The notes: a model not told the origin generated them from the sequence alone. A DNA stretch of 64,000 nucleotides from Alphaproteobacteria bacterium (GCA_965232515.1 CBDDPY010000002.1:2848001-2912000); one strand, 5' to 3'; numbered from the stretch's first letter, positions 26,094 through 35,921 are shown. Made by a program: numbers and translations.

Positions 26094-28217
26094 TCATTTC
26101 GTAGTCGCGACAAAGGCGCGGTCCCAATTGGCGGGCGGCGGCTCGGCCAGATAGTGCCGGCAGCGTTCGACATACATGGCCGCCGCCTCGTCATCGCCAG
26201 CCAGGCGTTGGAAGGCCGCGATGGCGTCGGCGAAGCGGCGCCGGTAGTAGAGTGCCAGCGCCGAATGGAAGGCGCGCACGCCGCTTAACCGGTTGTCGCC
26301 GACCTCGGCGCGACGCCCCACCACCTCGTAGACCTTGACCGGCTGGGTCCGGCCCTTGACCACCAGGCGATCTAGGCGGCGCAACACGAACTCGTCACCC
26401 AGTTTGCGGGCCGTCTCCTCGCCGACCATCAGCAGGCTGCCGTAGGTCTTGTTCGCGCCCTCGAGCCGGGCCGCCAAGTTTACGGTGTCGCCGGTTACCG
26501 TGTAGTTGAAGCGCGCGGTCGAGCCCATGTTGCCGACCACGGCCGCGCCGGTGTTGATGCCGATGCGGGTGCCGATATCCGGCAGGCCGTACTTGCCGCG
26601 CACGATATCGCGGTTGAAGTCATCGAGCGCGGCGAGGCAGTCGACGGCGGCGCCGACGGCGTGCCGCTCGGCCTCGGCATCGGGCAGCGGCGCGCCCCAG
26701 ACCGCCATCACCGCGTCGCCGATGAACTTGTCGATATAGCCGCCATGGCGCTCGACGATCTCGGTCACGGTGGTGAAGTATTCGTTGACTACCTCGACCA
26801 GCAGCTCCGGCGTGTCGCGCAAGCGCTCGCTGATGCCCGTATAGCCGACGATATCGGAGAACCAGATCGTCACCCGGCGGCTTTCGCCGCCGAGCTTCAG
26901 GCTGTCGGCATCGTCCGCCAGCCGGTCGACCAGGCTCGGCGCCAGATAATGCCGGAAGGCGTGCTGAATGCGGCGCTTGGCCTTGTCCTCGACGACGAAG
27001 CGGAAGGCATAGACAATGGTATAGGCAACGATGGCGGCCAGCAGGATGGCGCCGATCGGCAAGACCACGCCGGACCGGAAGGCGAGCAAGGCGGCAATGC
27101 CTTCCGCGGCCAGCGTCGCGGCGCCAGCCACGAGGCCGGTCATCGGCGGCAGCAGGAAGAACAGCAGCGCCAACCCCGAGGCCCCGGCCGCGACCAATGC
27201 GAAGACCCCAACGGCCGGCAACAGCGTCAATGCGTTGTCCTTGGCCATGGTGTTGACCGCCGCCGCATGCACATAAATGCCCGGGATCGAGCGGCGGTCG
27301 GCGACGGCGCCGAAGCGATCGGCGTCGAACGGCAGGACGCAGCGCGCCGGCCCGCCGTTGTCGCGCGAAATGGCGAAACGTTTGGCCGGCACCCGCCGGT
27401 CCTCAAGGTCCAGCGCCGAACCGATGATGACGATGCGGTCGCCGAAATGTTCGGCGAAAAAGGCGTCGCGCCCCGTCTCTCGGCAGGCGTGCAGGTCGGC
27501 GAGGCTGTAGGTCGGCACGTCGCCGGCCCCGGTGTTGTAGTTGATCAGGAATTCGCCGTCCGGCAGCGGGAATCCGGCGCGCCGCGCCAGTTCGGCCGCG
27601 AAGGTCGTGACCGCACCGCCGGCCTCGGTCGGCACGGTCGGCCGATAGCGCCGCACCACCTCGTCCGCATCCAGCACCAGATTGAGCGACTTGACGTTCG
27701 ATGGACCGCCCGCGGCCCGTATCTGGCCCAGGTAGGGCCGAATGGTCTGTTGCGACAACCGGGTCTCGCCCAGGATCAGACGACCGGCCCTACCGGCGCG
27801 GAAAAAGCTCTTGAGCAACGGTTTGTCATAGCCCGGCAGCAGGCCCCGCCGGTCCAGGCTGGTTGGATAGATCAGGTCAAGTCCGATGACCCGAGCGCCC
27901 GCTTTATCGATGGAATCGATGATCTCGGCCAGGAGCGGCGTCCAGGCCACCTTCGGCGTGTCGATGAACGGCGGCGTGCGGTAGGTCTCCTCATCGATGA
28001 CCACGGCGACGACGGCGGAATCAGACGGTGGAAACAGGGGGCCTTCGGTCTGGTGCCGGGCGGCGATCAGTGCGTCGATGCCCATTCGATGCAGCAATCT
28101 GGCGTCCGGCCAGATGGCGATGGCGCCCAGGACCAGCCCCAGACAACCCGCGATGAGCAGCCGCCGCGACCAGTTCCCGCGGCCAAAGGCCGGTTTCGCG
28201 CGCGTCGTGCCCGCCAC
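26094..28217 (-). CDS. CHASE2-domain class III adenylate cyclase with C-terminal TPR-like tail
   Basis: VVIDEET, GARVIGLDL, PGIYVHA, 3 TM, FSDIVGYT, DKFIGDAVMAVWGAP, YTVTGDTVNLAARLEGANK, PPPANWD. Confidence 0.92.
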   Translation of the reverse strand: MAGTTRAKPAFGRGNWSRRLLIAGCLGLVLGAIAIWPDARLLHRMGIDALIAARHQTEGPLFPPSDSAVVAVVIDEETYRTPPFIDTPKVAWTPLLAEIIDSIDKAGARVIGLDLIYPTSLDRRGLLPGYDKPLLKSFFRAGRAGRLILGETRLSQQTIRPYLGQIRAAGGPSNVKSLNLVLDADEVVRRYRPTVPTEAGGAVTTFAAELARRAGFPLPDGEFLINYNTGAGDVPTYSLADLHACRETGRDAFFAEHFGDRIVIIGSALDLEDRRVPAKRFAISRDNGGPARCVLPFDADRFGAVADRRSIPGIYVHAAAVNTMAKDNALTLLPAVGVFALVAAGASGLALLFFLLPPMTGLVAGAATLAAEGIAALLAFRSGVVLPIGAILLAAIVAYTIVYAFRFVVEDKAKRRIQHAFRHYLAPSLVDRLADDADSLKLGGESRRVTIWFSDIVGYTGISERLRDTPELLVEVVNEYFTTVTEIVERHGGYIDKFIGDAVMAVWGAPLPDAEAERHAVGAAVDCLAALDDFNRDIVRGKYGLPDIGTRIGINTGAAVVGNMGSTARFNYTVTGDTVNLAARLEGANKTYGSLLMVGEETARKLGDEFVLRRLDRLVVKGRTQPVKVYEVVGRRAEVGDNRLSGVRAFHSALALYYRRRFADAIAAFQRLAGDDEAAAMYVERCRHYLAEPPPANWDRAFVATTK

Positions 28218-28235
28218 GGGTGCCTACGCGGCCGG

Positions 28236-29066
28236 TCAACGACTGACCGGCACCACCCGGCTGAGCGCCGTATTCGGCCCTTCCAGGTCCGGGTCGATCG
28301 AGAACAGGGCTTCCAGCGCGGCACTGCCGGCCATCGCAACATTGACCTGGTAGGGCCACCCGATTTCCAGTGCCGGCGCATCGGCGGGATATTCAACCCG
28401 GTCGCCGTCGACGCTGGCCTGCCAGATGACCTGCGGCGGCTCCTGGTCCATGTCGATAACGGAGACCGTGGCGGCGCCGCCGGTCGAGGTCCATTTAAAA
28501 GTCGGTCGCGCGACCTTGACCGTCCATTCCGACCAGTCCTGACCCGAGAACGGTGTGTCCTTTTGGACCCGCGTCACGGCCGCGCCGGCTTCCGCGCCGC
28601 CCTCGCCGGACGCAGCGGCAACGACGATCTGATCGCCCTGGCAGGCTACCTTCTCCATGCTGACCCTGCCGCCATCGACGGCGCTGGCACCGCGCTCGAC
28701 CGTGACCCGGCCGCCCTGGATGGTCTCCAGCATGCAGGAATCGAAGTAGGACAGGATCAGTGTGCCCTTGCTGCCGAGGTCGATGGTTTGCCCCGGAAAC
28801 ACGTAGTCGAGGAAGGACACGCCGGCGTCGGGCGCGCTCTTCACATCCTCGACCAACGCCGCGGCGCCGTCGCCGCCGACGGCACCGCCGCCGCCCGACT
28901 GCAGGCCCATGCGGCCGCTGTTGTCCTGATCCTGAGATTGATTGCCCTTGGTCGCGCCCTTCAGGAGGCTCTCGAAGAGATTCTGGGCGTTCACGGGCGC
29001 CGGTCCGCCCGCCGCCATGGCAAGACACAACAAGCCGGCAACCATTGGAATGCGGTGCGTTCGCAT
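28236..29066 (-). CDS. Exported hypothetical protein upstream of the CHASE2 cyclase
   Basis: Signal peptide; RPTFKW and YPADAPALEIGWPYQV resemble DUF928-type segments (inference). Confidence 0.75.
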   Translation of the reverse strand: MRTHRIPMVAGLLCLAMAAGGPAPVNAQNLFESLLKGATKGNQSQDQDNSGRMGLQSGGGGAVGGDGAAALVEDVKSAPDAGVSFLDYVFPGQTIDLGSKGTLILSYFDSCMLETIQGGRVTVERGASAVDGGRVSMEKVACQGDQIVVAAASGEGGAEAGAAVTRVQKDTPFSGQDWSEWTVKVARPTFKWTSTGGAATVSVIDMDQEPPQVIWQASVDGDRVEYPADAPALEIGWPYQVNVAMAGSAALEALFSIDPDLEGPNTALSRVVPVSR

Positions 29067-29199
29067 CTCTTTTCCCCTCTTCCCGCCGGTCGTCTGTCGC
29101 CAAACGACATTTGCGCGTCAAATGTTAGCAAATTCCTAACGCGAGCGCCGACGGCCGTCGGTGATCCGCGTCACGATCCCGCGAGTTTCGTTACTCGAC

Positions 29200-29228
29200 A
29201 AAAAAACGGGGGCGCCGAAGCGCCCCCG
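29200..29228 (-). terminator. Intrinsic terminator after thiolase
   Basis: Minus strand CGGGGGCGC-TTCG-GCGCCCCCG-TTTTTTT. Confidence 0.85.
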
Positions 29229-29254
29229 CGTTAACGATATCCGGTTGCTTGTTT

Positions 29255-29338
29255 GTCATGCCCGGACTTGATCCGGGCATCCAGGAGCACGGCCTAACCG
29301 CCCGTCACCTGGATTGCCGGGTCAAGCCCGGCAATGAC
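29255..29338. repeat. Alphaproteobacterial REP/RIME-like double-hairpin element
   Basis: GTCATGCCCGGACTTGATCCGGGCATCCA ... TGGATTGCCGGGTCAAGCCCGGCAATGAC. Confidence 0.85.
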
Positions 29339-29354
29339 GACAGGCCGTGGCGAT

Positions 29355-30557
29355 TTACCCGTCGTAGCGGCCGACGATGGAGATCGACGAGACGTTCTGG
29401 TGCGGGAAGCCGCCCAGATTGTGGGTCATGCCGTGCGTGGGATTCTCGAGCTGGCGGTCGCCGGCCCGGCCCAGGATCTGGCTGTACATCTCGTAGAGCA
29501 TGCGCAGGCCCGAGGCGCCGATCGGATGGCCGAAGCACTTCAGGCCGCCGTCGATCTGGCAGGGGATCTGGCCGTCGGCGTTGTAGAAGCCGTCCAGCAC
29601 GTCGCGCCAGGCATTGCCCTCTTCCGACAAATACAGGTCTTCCATGGTCACGAGCTCGGTGATCGAGAAGCAGTCATGGCATTCGAACATGCTGATCTCG
29701 TCGCGCGGCTTCTCGATGCCCGCCTCCTTGTAGGCCCGCTCCGCCGCCTTGCGCGTGGTCATGAAGTAGCTGCCGTCCCAGGAATTGTGGCTGGCCTCGA
29801 CGCCATTCGAGACCGCGAGCTGCAACGCCTTCACCGAGACGAGGTCGGTCTTGCCCAGGCTCCGGGCGATCTCCGGCGTGGTGACGATGGCCGCCGCCGC
29901 GCCGTCCGACACGCCGCAGCAATCGAACAGGCCGAGCGGCTCGGCGATCATCGGCGCGTTCAGCACGGTGTCGATGTCGATTTCCTTGCGCAAGTGCGCG
30001 CGCGGGTTCTTGGCGCCGTTGGCGTGGCTCTTGACCGAGATCTGCGCCATGGCGCGCTTCAGCTCATCGGCATCGACGCCGTGCTTCTCGCGGTAGGCGC
30101 TGGCGAGCTGGGCGAAGCTGCCGGGCGCCGACGCGTTGGCCCAGTACATGGACTGCAGCACGCCGCGGTTACGCTGCGGCAGACCGCCGTAGCCGGTGTC
30201 TTTCAGCTTCTCGACGCCGGCGGCGAGCGCGATATCGGCCGCGCCGGAAGCGACGGCGTAGACGGCGCCGCGAAACGACTCGGTGCCGCTGGCGCAGTAG
30301 TTCTCGACCCGGGTGACCGGGATGTACGGCAGGCGGAGCGCCACCGACAGCGGCACGCCCGACTTGCCGACATGCGCTTCCTCGATGGCGGTCGAGAACC
30401 AAGCGGCGTCGATCTGACTGGTCTCGATGCCGGCGTCCTCGAGGCATTCCTCGTAGGCCTCGACGATCAGGTCCTCGGCCTCCATGTCCCAGCGCTCGCC
30501 GAACTTCGAGCAGCCCATGCCGAGAATGGCGACCTTATCCTTGATACCGCTTGCCAT
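29355..30557 (-). CDS. SCP-x-type thiolase (acetyl-CoA acetyltransferase family)
   Basis: VENYCASG, DCCGVSDGAAA, FECHDCF, GHPIGASG, THNLGG. Confidence 0.9.
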   Translation of the reverse strand: MASGIKDKVAILGMGCSKFGERWDMEAEDLIVEAYEECLEDAGIETSQIDAAWFSTAIEEAHVGKSGVPLSVALRLPYIPVTRVENYCASGTESFRGAVYAVASGAADIALAAGVEKLKDTGYGGLPQRNRGVLQSMYWANASAPGSFAQLASAYREKHGVDADELKRAMAQISVKSHANGAKNPRAHLRKEIDIDTVLNAPMIAEPLGLFDCCGVSDGAAAAIVTTPEIARSLGKTDLVSVKALQLAVSNGVEASHNSWDGSYFMTTRKAAERAYKEAGIEKPRDEISMFECHDCFSITELVTMEDLYLSEEGNAWRDVLDGFYNADGQIPCQIDGGLKCFGHPIGASGLRMLYEMYSQILGRAGDRQLENPTHGMTHNLGGFPHQNVSSISIVGRYDG

Positions 30558-30619
30558 GATGTCTCTCTCCTATCGCTGGCGCCTGTCGGCACGCCTGTCT
30601 GTGGTCTCTAGGGTCGGAT

Positions 30620-32074
30620 CTACTGACGGGTATGGTCAGGCGCGGCCTTCCAGAAGTATTTGGTAAAGCCGCGCTGCTCGTCGTGCTCCTTGATGCGGAA
30701 GACCATGCGCATCGGCATGCCGACGTCGACGCCGCCGACGTCCACGTCGGTCAAGTCTGCCATAAGCCGGCCGCCCTCTTCAAACACCACCATGCCGAAA
30801 TGCTGCGGCGGATCGGGTGTGTAGGTCAGGTTGTCGGCGGTCCAGCTCTGGACCTTGGCCGGAATGTTGGCGAAGGGGTGATCCTCCTGCGTGCGGAAGG
30901 CGCCGCAGTTCGGATTCACGCAAACGTTCGATTTCGGATACTGCACCGTGCCGCAGCGGCCGCACTTGCCGCCGACAAAGCCGGTCAGCATGTCCTTCTT
31001 GCGGTAGAGCGTCGACAGTGCGGTCTGCTTATCGAGTTCGGCGCGGATGCCGCGGTCCTGCGTCACCAGATGATTGAACGACAGGTAGCGGTTGTAGTTG
31101 GTCTCTTCCTTGCGGCGGGCGAGGAAACCCTTCACGCCCTGGCGGCCGCTGAAGCCGGCGAGCGCGTCCGTCGTGCGGAACAGAAGCGCGTCGCAGCCCT
31201 GGCCCCAGCCCAGCAGCAGCACGGTCTGGCCGGGCTTCGCGTCCTGCAGCGCGTCGACCAGCATGATCAGCGCGTGCGCCGTGCCACTCTCGCCCATGAC
31301 GCCATGCAGGTTGTCGCGCACGGCGGTATCGGGGATGCCGGCCTTCTTGGCGACGCGGCCCGGCACCGGGCGCATCACCGTCGGCATCACGAAATGGTCG
31401 ATGTCGCCGGGCTTGATGTCGGTCTTGGCGAACAGGCCGTCCAGCGCGCGCGGCACGATCTTGAAATAGCCCTCGTCGCGGATCCAGCGCTCTTCCCAAT
31501 TGTAGTCGAAGTCTTCGTTGCCGCCGCGGTAATGGTCGACGAAGTCGGTGGCGACCTGATGCGCGGCGACGAACTCGGCAATGACGCCGTCGCTGCCGAG
31601 TGTCAGCGCCGCGGCGCCGTCGCCGTAGAGCAGCTCGTGCGTGCCGGACGACTTGGTGCGCCGCTTTTCGGTCGCGACATAAAGCGTCTGGCCGCCCTGG
31701 CCGGCGAGCGCGTTCAGCGCGTTGATCAGGCCCGAGGTGCTGGCCCGCTGCGAGGCGGTGACGTCCATCGTCATCATGTCCTCGCCCAGGTTCAGCGCGG
31801 TCGCCAGCACGCCGGCGTTCTGGCGGTCCTGGAACGGCAGCGTGGTGGAGGCGAGATAGATCGCCTTCAGGTCGGCGGGCGCGTCGCCGGCAAAGCAGTC
31901 GCGGCCGGCCTCGACGGCCATGGTCAGGCTGTCCTCGTCCCAGTTGCAGATCGAACGCTCGCCCTTGGCCAGGCCCCTGATGCCCGGATTGAACCAGGAA
32001 TTTGCTTCGACGATTGCCTGGCGGCTGAGTCTGAGACGCGGCACGTAAGCGCCGAATGCCGTGATGCCGATCAT
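30620..32074 (-). CDS. HMG-CoA-synthase-like domain fused to DUF35 (Zn-ribbon/OB-fold)
   Basis: GAYVPRLRL, DEDSLTMAVEA, GDGAAA; C-terminal CGRCG..YP....CVNPNCG and MRMVFR..YFWKAAP. Confidence 0.88.
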   Translation of the reverse strand: MIGITAFGAYVPRLRLSRQAIVEANSWFNPGIRGLAKGERSICNWDEDSLTMAVEAGRDCFAGDAPADLKAIYLASTTLPFQDRQNAGVLATALNLGEDMMTMDVTASQRASTSGLINALNALAGQGGQTLYVATEKRRTKSSGTHELLYGDGAAALTLGSDGVIAEFVAAHQVATDFVDHYRGGNEDFDYNWEERWIRDEGYFKIVPRALDGLFAKTDIKPGDIDHFVMPTVMRPVPGRVAKKAGIPDTAVRDNLHGVMGESGTAHALIMLVDALQDAKPGQTVLLLGWGQGCDALLFRTTDALAGFSGRQGVKGFLARRKEETNYNRYLSFNHLVTQDRGIRAELDKQTALSTLYRKKDMLTGFVGGKCGRCGTVQYPKSNVCVNPNCGAFRTQEDHPFANIPAKVQSWTADNLTYTPDPPQHFGMVVFEEGGRLMADLTDVDVGGVDVGMPMRMVFRIKEHDEQRGFTKYFWKAAPDHTRQ

Positions 32075-32288
32075 GGCCTCATTTCCCCGTGCGTATTTGT
32101 TTTAAGCTTGAAGGATCTCGTTGGGATCATCCTTACCACCCGGCCGAGAACAAGGCAACGACGCGGGCGGATTTCAGCGGTTTTTTCAACGATTTGACAT
32201 GACATGCGGCCGTCTTGCCGCCTGCTGCCGTCACCCGCCTCGACTGTCATTCTGACGTCATGGTCGCTCCCTAGTATGTGACGCCTTC

Positions 32289-32325
32289 TTGACAGAGCGC
32301 GATATCTCGATATTTTTGGAGATAT
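32289..32325 (+). promoter_or_regulatory. ars promoter/operator
   Basis: TTGACA (32289), 16-nt spacer, TATTTT; dyad ATATCTC..GAGATAT (32302-32325) overlapping the arsR ATG. Confidence 0.55.
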
Positions 32326-32653
32326 GGAGAAATCAGACGCGATCGGCGCGCTGGGCGCGCTGGCCCAGGACACCCGGCTCGACATCTTTCGCCTGCTGGT
32401 GCGGGTCGGCCGCGACGGCCTGCCGGCCGGACGGATCGGCGCCCGCTTCGGTCTGCCCTCGGCGACATTGTCGTTCCACTTGAATCAATTGAAGCAGGCC
32501 GGCCTGCTGACCTGCCGGCGCGAGGGCCGGTCGATGATCTACGCCGCCCAGTTCGACGCCATGAACGAGCTGCTGGCCTATCTGACCGAGAATTGCTGCC
32601 AGGGACAGACCGGCGATTGCGCCGTGCCGGTCTGCGCGCCCGCGGCGGAATAG
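32324..32653 (+). CDS. arsR: ArsR/SmtB regulator with C-terminal Cys cluster
   Basis: ALAQDTRLDIFRLLV, ATLSFHL, YLTENCCQG..DCAVPVC. Confidence 0.9.
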   Translation: MEKSDAIGALGALAQDTRLDIFRLLVRVGRDGLPAGRIGARFGLPSATLSFHLNQLKQAGLLTCRREGRSMIYAAQFDAMNELLAYLTENCCQGQTGDCAVPVCAPAAE

Positions 32654-32665
32654 GAGACGATATCG

Positions 32666-33091
32666 ATGAAACGCCTGCACGTGCATGTGGCCGTCGAAAA
32701 CCTCGACGAGTCGATCCGGTTCTACGCGACGCTGTTCGGCGCCGAGCCCAATGTCAGCGAACACGATTACGCCAAATGGCTGTTGGACGATCCGGCGGTC
32801 AACTTCGCCATCTCGGACCGCAGCGGCCGTCGCGGCATCGACCACCTCGGCATTCAGGTCGAAACAGCGGACGAGCTGGCCGATGTGACCGAACGCCTGT
32901 CCACCGCACAGGCGCAGGTCCTGCAGGAAGAAGCCGCCCAGTGCTGCTACGCCAAGGGCGACAAGACCTGGACCGCCGATCCGCAGGGGGTGGCTTGGGA
33001 GACCTTCCACACCTATGGCGAGATCCGCGTTTTCGGCAAGGACACCGGCGCGGTCCGGCGGCTGCAGGACGCGCCACCGGCCGAAGGCTGA
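32666..33091 (+). CDS. ArsI/CadI-family VOC metalloenzyme
   Basis: MKRLHVHVAV..L..SIRFY, DYAKWLLDDP.VNFAIS, HLGIQV, CCYA..DK.W..DP.G..WETF. Confidence 0.88.
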   Translation: MKRLHVHVAVENLDESIRFYATLFGAEPNVSEHDYAKWLLDDPAVNFAISDRSGRRGIDHLGIQVETADELADVTERLSTAQAQVLQEEAAQCCYAKGDKTWTADPQGVAWETFHTYGEIRVFGKDTGAVRRLQDAPPAEG

Positions 33092-33114
33092 CGTCGAGCG
33101 GGGGACAACAGCAT

Positions 33115-34314
33115 ATGCGCCAACAGGAGCTGCCGATCGCCGTGATCGGGGCCGGCCCGATAGGCTTGGCGACGGCCGCGCATCTGCTGGCGGCGGGCGA
33201 AACGCCGCTGGTATTCGAGGCCGGCGATAACATCGCGGCCAATATCCGGCAGTGGGCGCACGTGCCCTTGTTTTCGCCCTGGCACGAATGCCTGGACCCG
33301 GTCTCAGCCGATATGCTGCGAGGCAACGGCTGGACGCCGCCCGATCCGGATGCCATGCCGCATGGCCGCGATGTCGTGGCGGACTATCTTGAACCTCTGT
33401 CGCGCCTGCCCGCGATGGCGGCGTGCGTCAGGCTGCGGCGTCGGGTGACGTCGATCCGGCGGCAAGATCCCGGCAACACCCAAGCACGCTTCGTGCTGCA
33501 TGTGCAGGATGGCGAGGGCGGTGATGCCGATGTGCCGGCCCGGGCCGTAATCGATGCATCCGGCACCTGGATGACGCCCAACCAGCTGGGTCGCCGCGGC
33601 CTGCCCGTCACCGGCGAAGCCGAGCTTCGAGACCGCGTGCATTACGGCATTCCCGACATCCTCGGCCGCGACAGGGCGCGTTACGCCGGCCGGCGCGCCC
33701 TGGTCGTCGGCGCCGGCCATTCGGCCGCGAACTGTTTGTTGATGTTGTCGGAGTTGGCGCTGGACGCCCCCCGCACGGAGATCGTCTGGGCCATTCGCGG
33801 CAGCCGGGCGCGGCAGATCATGGACGACCGAAGTGACGATCCGCTGTCGGCGCGGGCGCGGCTCGGACGCGATGTCGCCGACCTGCTGCGCGACAAGCGC
33901 ATCGATTTGTTCAGCCAGTTCCAGGCTAGCGCGTTGCGCCGCGACGGCGACCGCGTCGAGGTCGTCGGCCACAGCGACGGCACGATGCCCGCGTCGCTGG
34001 TCGTCGACCAGGTGATCTGCGCGACCGGCCAGCGGCCCGATCCGACGCTGGCACAGGCTCTGCGGCTCGATCTCGACCCCGTGCTCGACTGTCCGGCCGG
34101 TCTGGCGCCGCTGATCGATCCGGAACGTCATACCTGCAATACCGTCGCCGCGCACGGCGCCGCCGAGTTGCGGCATCCCGAGCCCGACTTCTACACCGTC
34201 GGCATGAAGAGCTATGGCCGTGCGCCAACCTTCCTGATGCGTACCGGCTACATGCAGGTGCGGTCGGTCGTCGCCGCCATCACCGCAGCCCACCGGCAGC
34301 AGCCCGCCGCCTGA
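33115..34314 (+). CDS. Flavin-dependent oxidoreductase (ArsO-like)
   Basis: IGAGPIGL, LFSPW, VIDASGTW, VVGAGHSA, VGMKSYGRAPTFLM.TGY.QVRSV. Start ATG 33115. Confidence 0.85.
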   Translation: MRQQELPIAVIGAGPIGLATAAHLLAAGETPLVFEAGDNIAANIRQWAHVPLFSPWHECLDPVSADMLRGNGWTPPDPDAMPHGRDVVADYLEPLSRLPAMAACVRLRRRVTSIRRQDPGNTQARFVLHVQDGEGGDADVPARAVIDASGTWMTPNQLGRRGLPVTGEAELRDRVHYGIPDILGRDRARYAGRRALVVGAGHSAANCLLMLSELALDAPRTEIVWAIRGSRARQIMDDRSDDPLSARARLGRDVADLLRDKRIDLFSQFQASALRRDGDRVEVVGHSDGTMPASLVVDQVICATGQRPDPTLAQALRLDLDPVLDCPAGLAPLIDPERHTCNTVAAHGAAELRHPEPDFYTVGMKSYGRAPTFLMRTGYMQVRSVVAAITAAHRQQPAA

Positions 34315-34325
34315 GGAAACCGCTT

Positions 34326-34835
34326 ATGTCCCAGCACACGCGCAACGTTCTGTTCCTGTGTACCGGCAATTCGGCCCGCAGCATCATGGCCGAATGCGTC
34401 CTGAACCGTGTCGGCCAAGGCCGGTTCCAGGCGTACAGCGCCGGCAGCCACCCGACCGGCCAGGTAAACCCTTACGCGCTCGACCTGCTGCGCAGCCTCA
34501 ACTACGCCACCGACGGTCTGCGGTCGAAGGATTGGGACGAGTTTGCCCAGGCCAACGCGCCCATCATGGATTTCGTGTTAACGGTCTGCGACAGCGCTGC
34601 CGGCGAAGCCTGCCCGGTCTGGCCCGGCCAGCCGATGACCGCGCATTGGGGCTTTCCGGACCCGGCGGCGTTCGACGGCACGGAGGCCGAGATCCGGGCC
34701 TTCTTCGCCGAAATCTACGGCCAGATCGAACGCCGGCTGTCGATATTCGCAAACCTGCCGCTCGACGCCCTCGACCGGTTGGCGCTGCAACGACGTCTGG
34801 CCGAGATCGGCCAGACCATGCCTCGCTCGGCCTGA
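34326..34835 (+). CDS. arsC: Arsenate reductase, LMW-PTP type
   Basis: LFLCTGNSARSIMAE, SAGSHP, RSKDWDEF, TVCD.AAGEACPVWPG, HWGFPDPA. Confidence 0.92.
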   Translation: MSQHTRNVLFLCTGNSARSIMAECVLNRVGQGRFQAYSAGSHPTGQVNPYALDLLRSLNYATDGLRSKDWDEFAQANAPIMDFVLTVCDSAAGEACPVWPGQPMTAHWGFPDPAAFDGTEAEIRAFFAEIYGQIERRLSIFANLPLDALDRLALQRRLAEIGQTMPRSA

Positions 34836-34844
34836 CGCGGCGCG

Positions 34845-35528
34845 ATGGCAATGGAAACGGTCGACCTTCCCCGCCGCCTGGCCGCCGAAGCCCTGGGCAC
34901 GGCGTTTCTGCTGGCCGGCGTGGTCGGCTCCGGGATCATGGGCGAGACGCTCGCCGGCGGCAATGTGGCTATTGCGCTGTTGGGCAACACGGTCGCCACC
35001 GGCGCCATCCTGGTGGTGCTGATCCTCATCTTCGGGCCGGTCTCTGGCGCGCATTTCAATCCGGCCGTGACGTTGTCGTTCTTTCTGCAGCGCGCAATCG
35101 GCCCACGGGACGCGCTGATGTATCTGGGCGCCCAGGTCGTCGGCGGCCTGATCGGCGTGATCGCCGCGCACGCCATGTTCGACGCGCCGCTGCTGGCCGC
35201 CTCGGTCAACGCGCGGACCGGCTTTCCACAATGGACGGGCGAGTTCGTCGCGACGTTCGGCCTGGTGGCGACGATCCTCGGCTGCCTGCGCGCCCGGCCC
35301 GAGGCGGTGCCGTTCGCCGTCGGCCTCTATATCACCGCCGGTTACTGGTTCACCTCATCGACCTCGTTCGCCAATCCGGCGGTGACTGTCGCGCGTGCCT
35401 TCACCGACAGCTTTTCCGGTATCCGGCCCATGGACGCGCCGGGCTTTATCATCGCGCAACTGATTGGGGCGACGGCCGCGACCATGGTCTTCGCCTGGCT
35501 GCTGGCGCAAGGCCGCAGCCAAAAATAG
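34845..35528 (+). CDS. MIP/aquaporin family channel (AqpS-like arsenite channel)
   Basis: SGAHFNPAVT and SFANPAVT NPA motifs; ars context. Confidence 0.9.
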   Translation: MAMETVDLPRRLAAEALGTAFLLAGVVGSGIMGETLAGGNVAIALLGNTVATGAILVVLILIFGPVSGAHFNPAVTLSFFLQRAIGPRDALMYLGAQVVGGLIGVIAAHAMFDAPLLAASVNARTGFPQWTGEFVATFGLVATILGCLRARPEAVPFAVGLYITAGYWFTSSTSFANPAVTVARAFTDSFSGIRPMDAPGFIIAQLIGATAATMVFAWLLAQGRSQK

Positions 35529-35541
35529 ATCGCTCGAGGGT

Positions 35542-35832
35542 TCAAATCTTGAGGTGATGCGCCCGGGCGTAGTCGATGAAGTGGCGCATGGTGGCGACCA
35601 GCTTGGCGGCGTGCGCCAGGTCGCCGCGGGCGCGCGCGGCGTCGATGTCGTCGAGGATGATCTGCTTCAGGCGCGGACCGCCCTCGGCCGTATGCACGAG
35701 ATAATTCGCCATCTCGAGCGCCAGCATTTCCGGCAAATGTTCGTGCTCGGCCACGGCGTCGATCAGGTCTTCCTCGACGTCGCAGCAGCCGAGACAATCC
35801 TCCCAGGTCAGCATGCCGGCCTCCATTGCCAA
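35542..35832 (-). CDS. Conserved-looking small hypothetical protein
   Basis: MLTWEDCLGCCDVEEDLIDAVAEHEHLPEM; protein-like composition. Start possibly ATG 35814. Confidence 0.7.
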   Translation of the reverse strand: MAMEAGMLTWEDCLGCCDVEEDLIDAVAEHEHLPEMLALEMANYLVHTAEGGPRLKQIILDDIDAARARGDLAHAAKLVATMRHFIDYARAHHLKI

Positions 35833-35921
35833 CGCATGACAGTTATTTGACGGGATGCTGACAGTTTGGCGCGGCCGGCCAAATGATCTAAGTCAACGGC
35901 AGGTTTGATGCGGGAGTAACC

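Noticed and set aside
32593-33114. N-terminal extension of the ars flavoprotein
   Set aside because: Overlaps arsR and the ArsI-like gene out of frame; Arg-rich noise.
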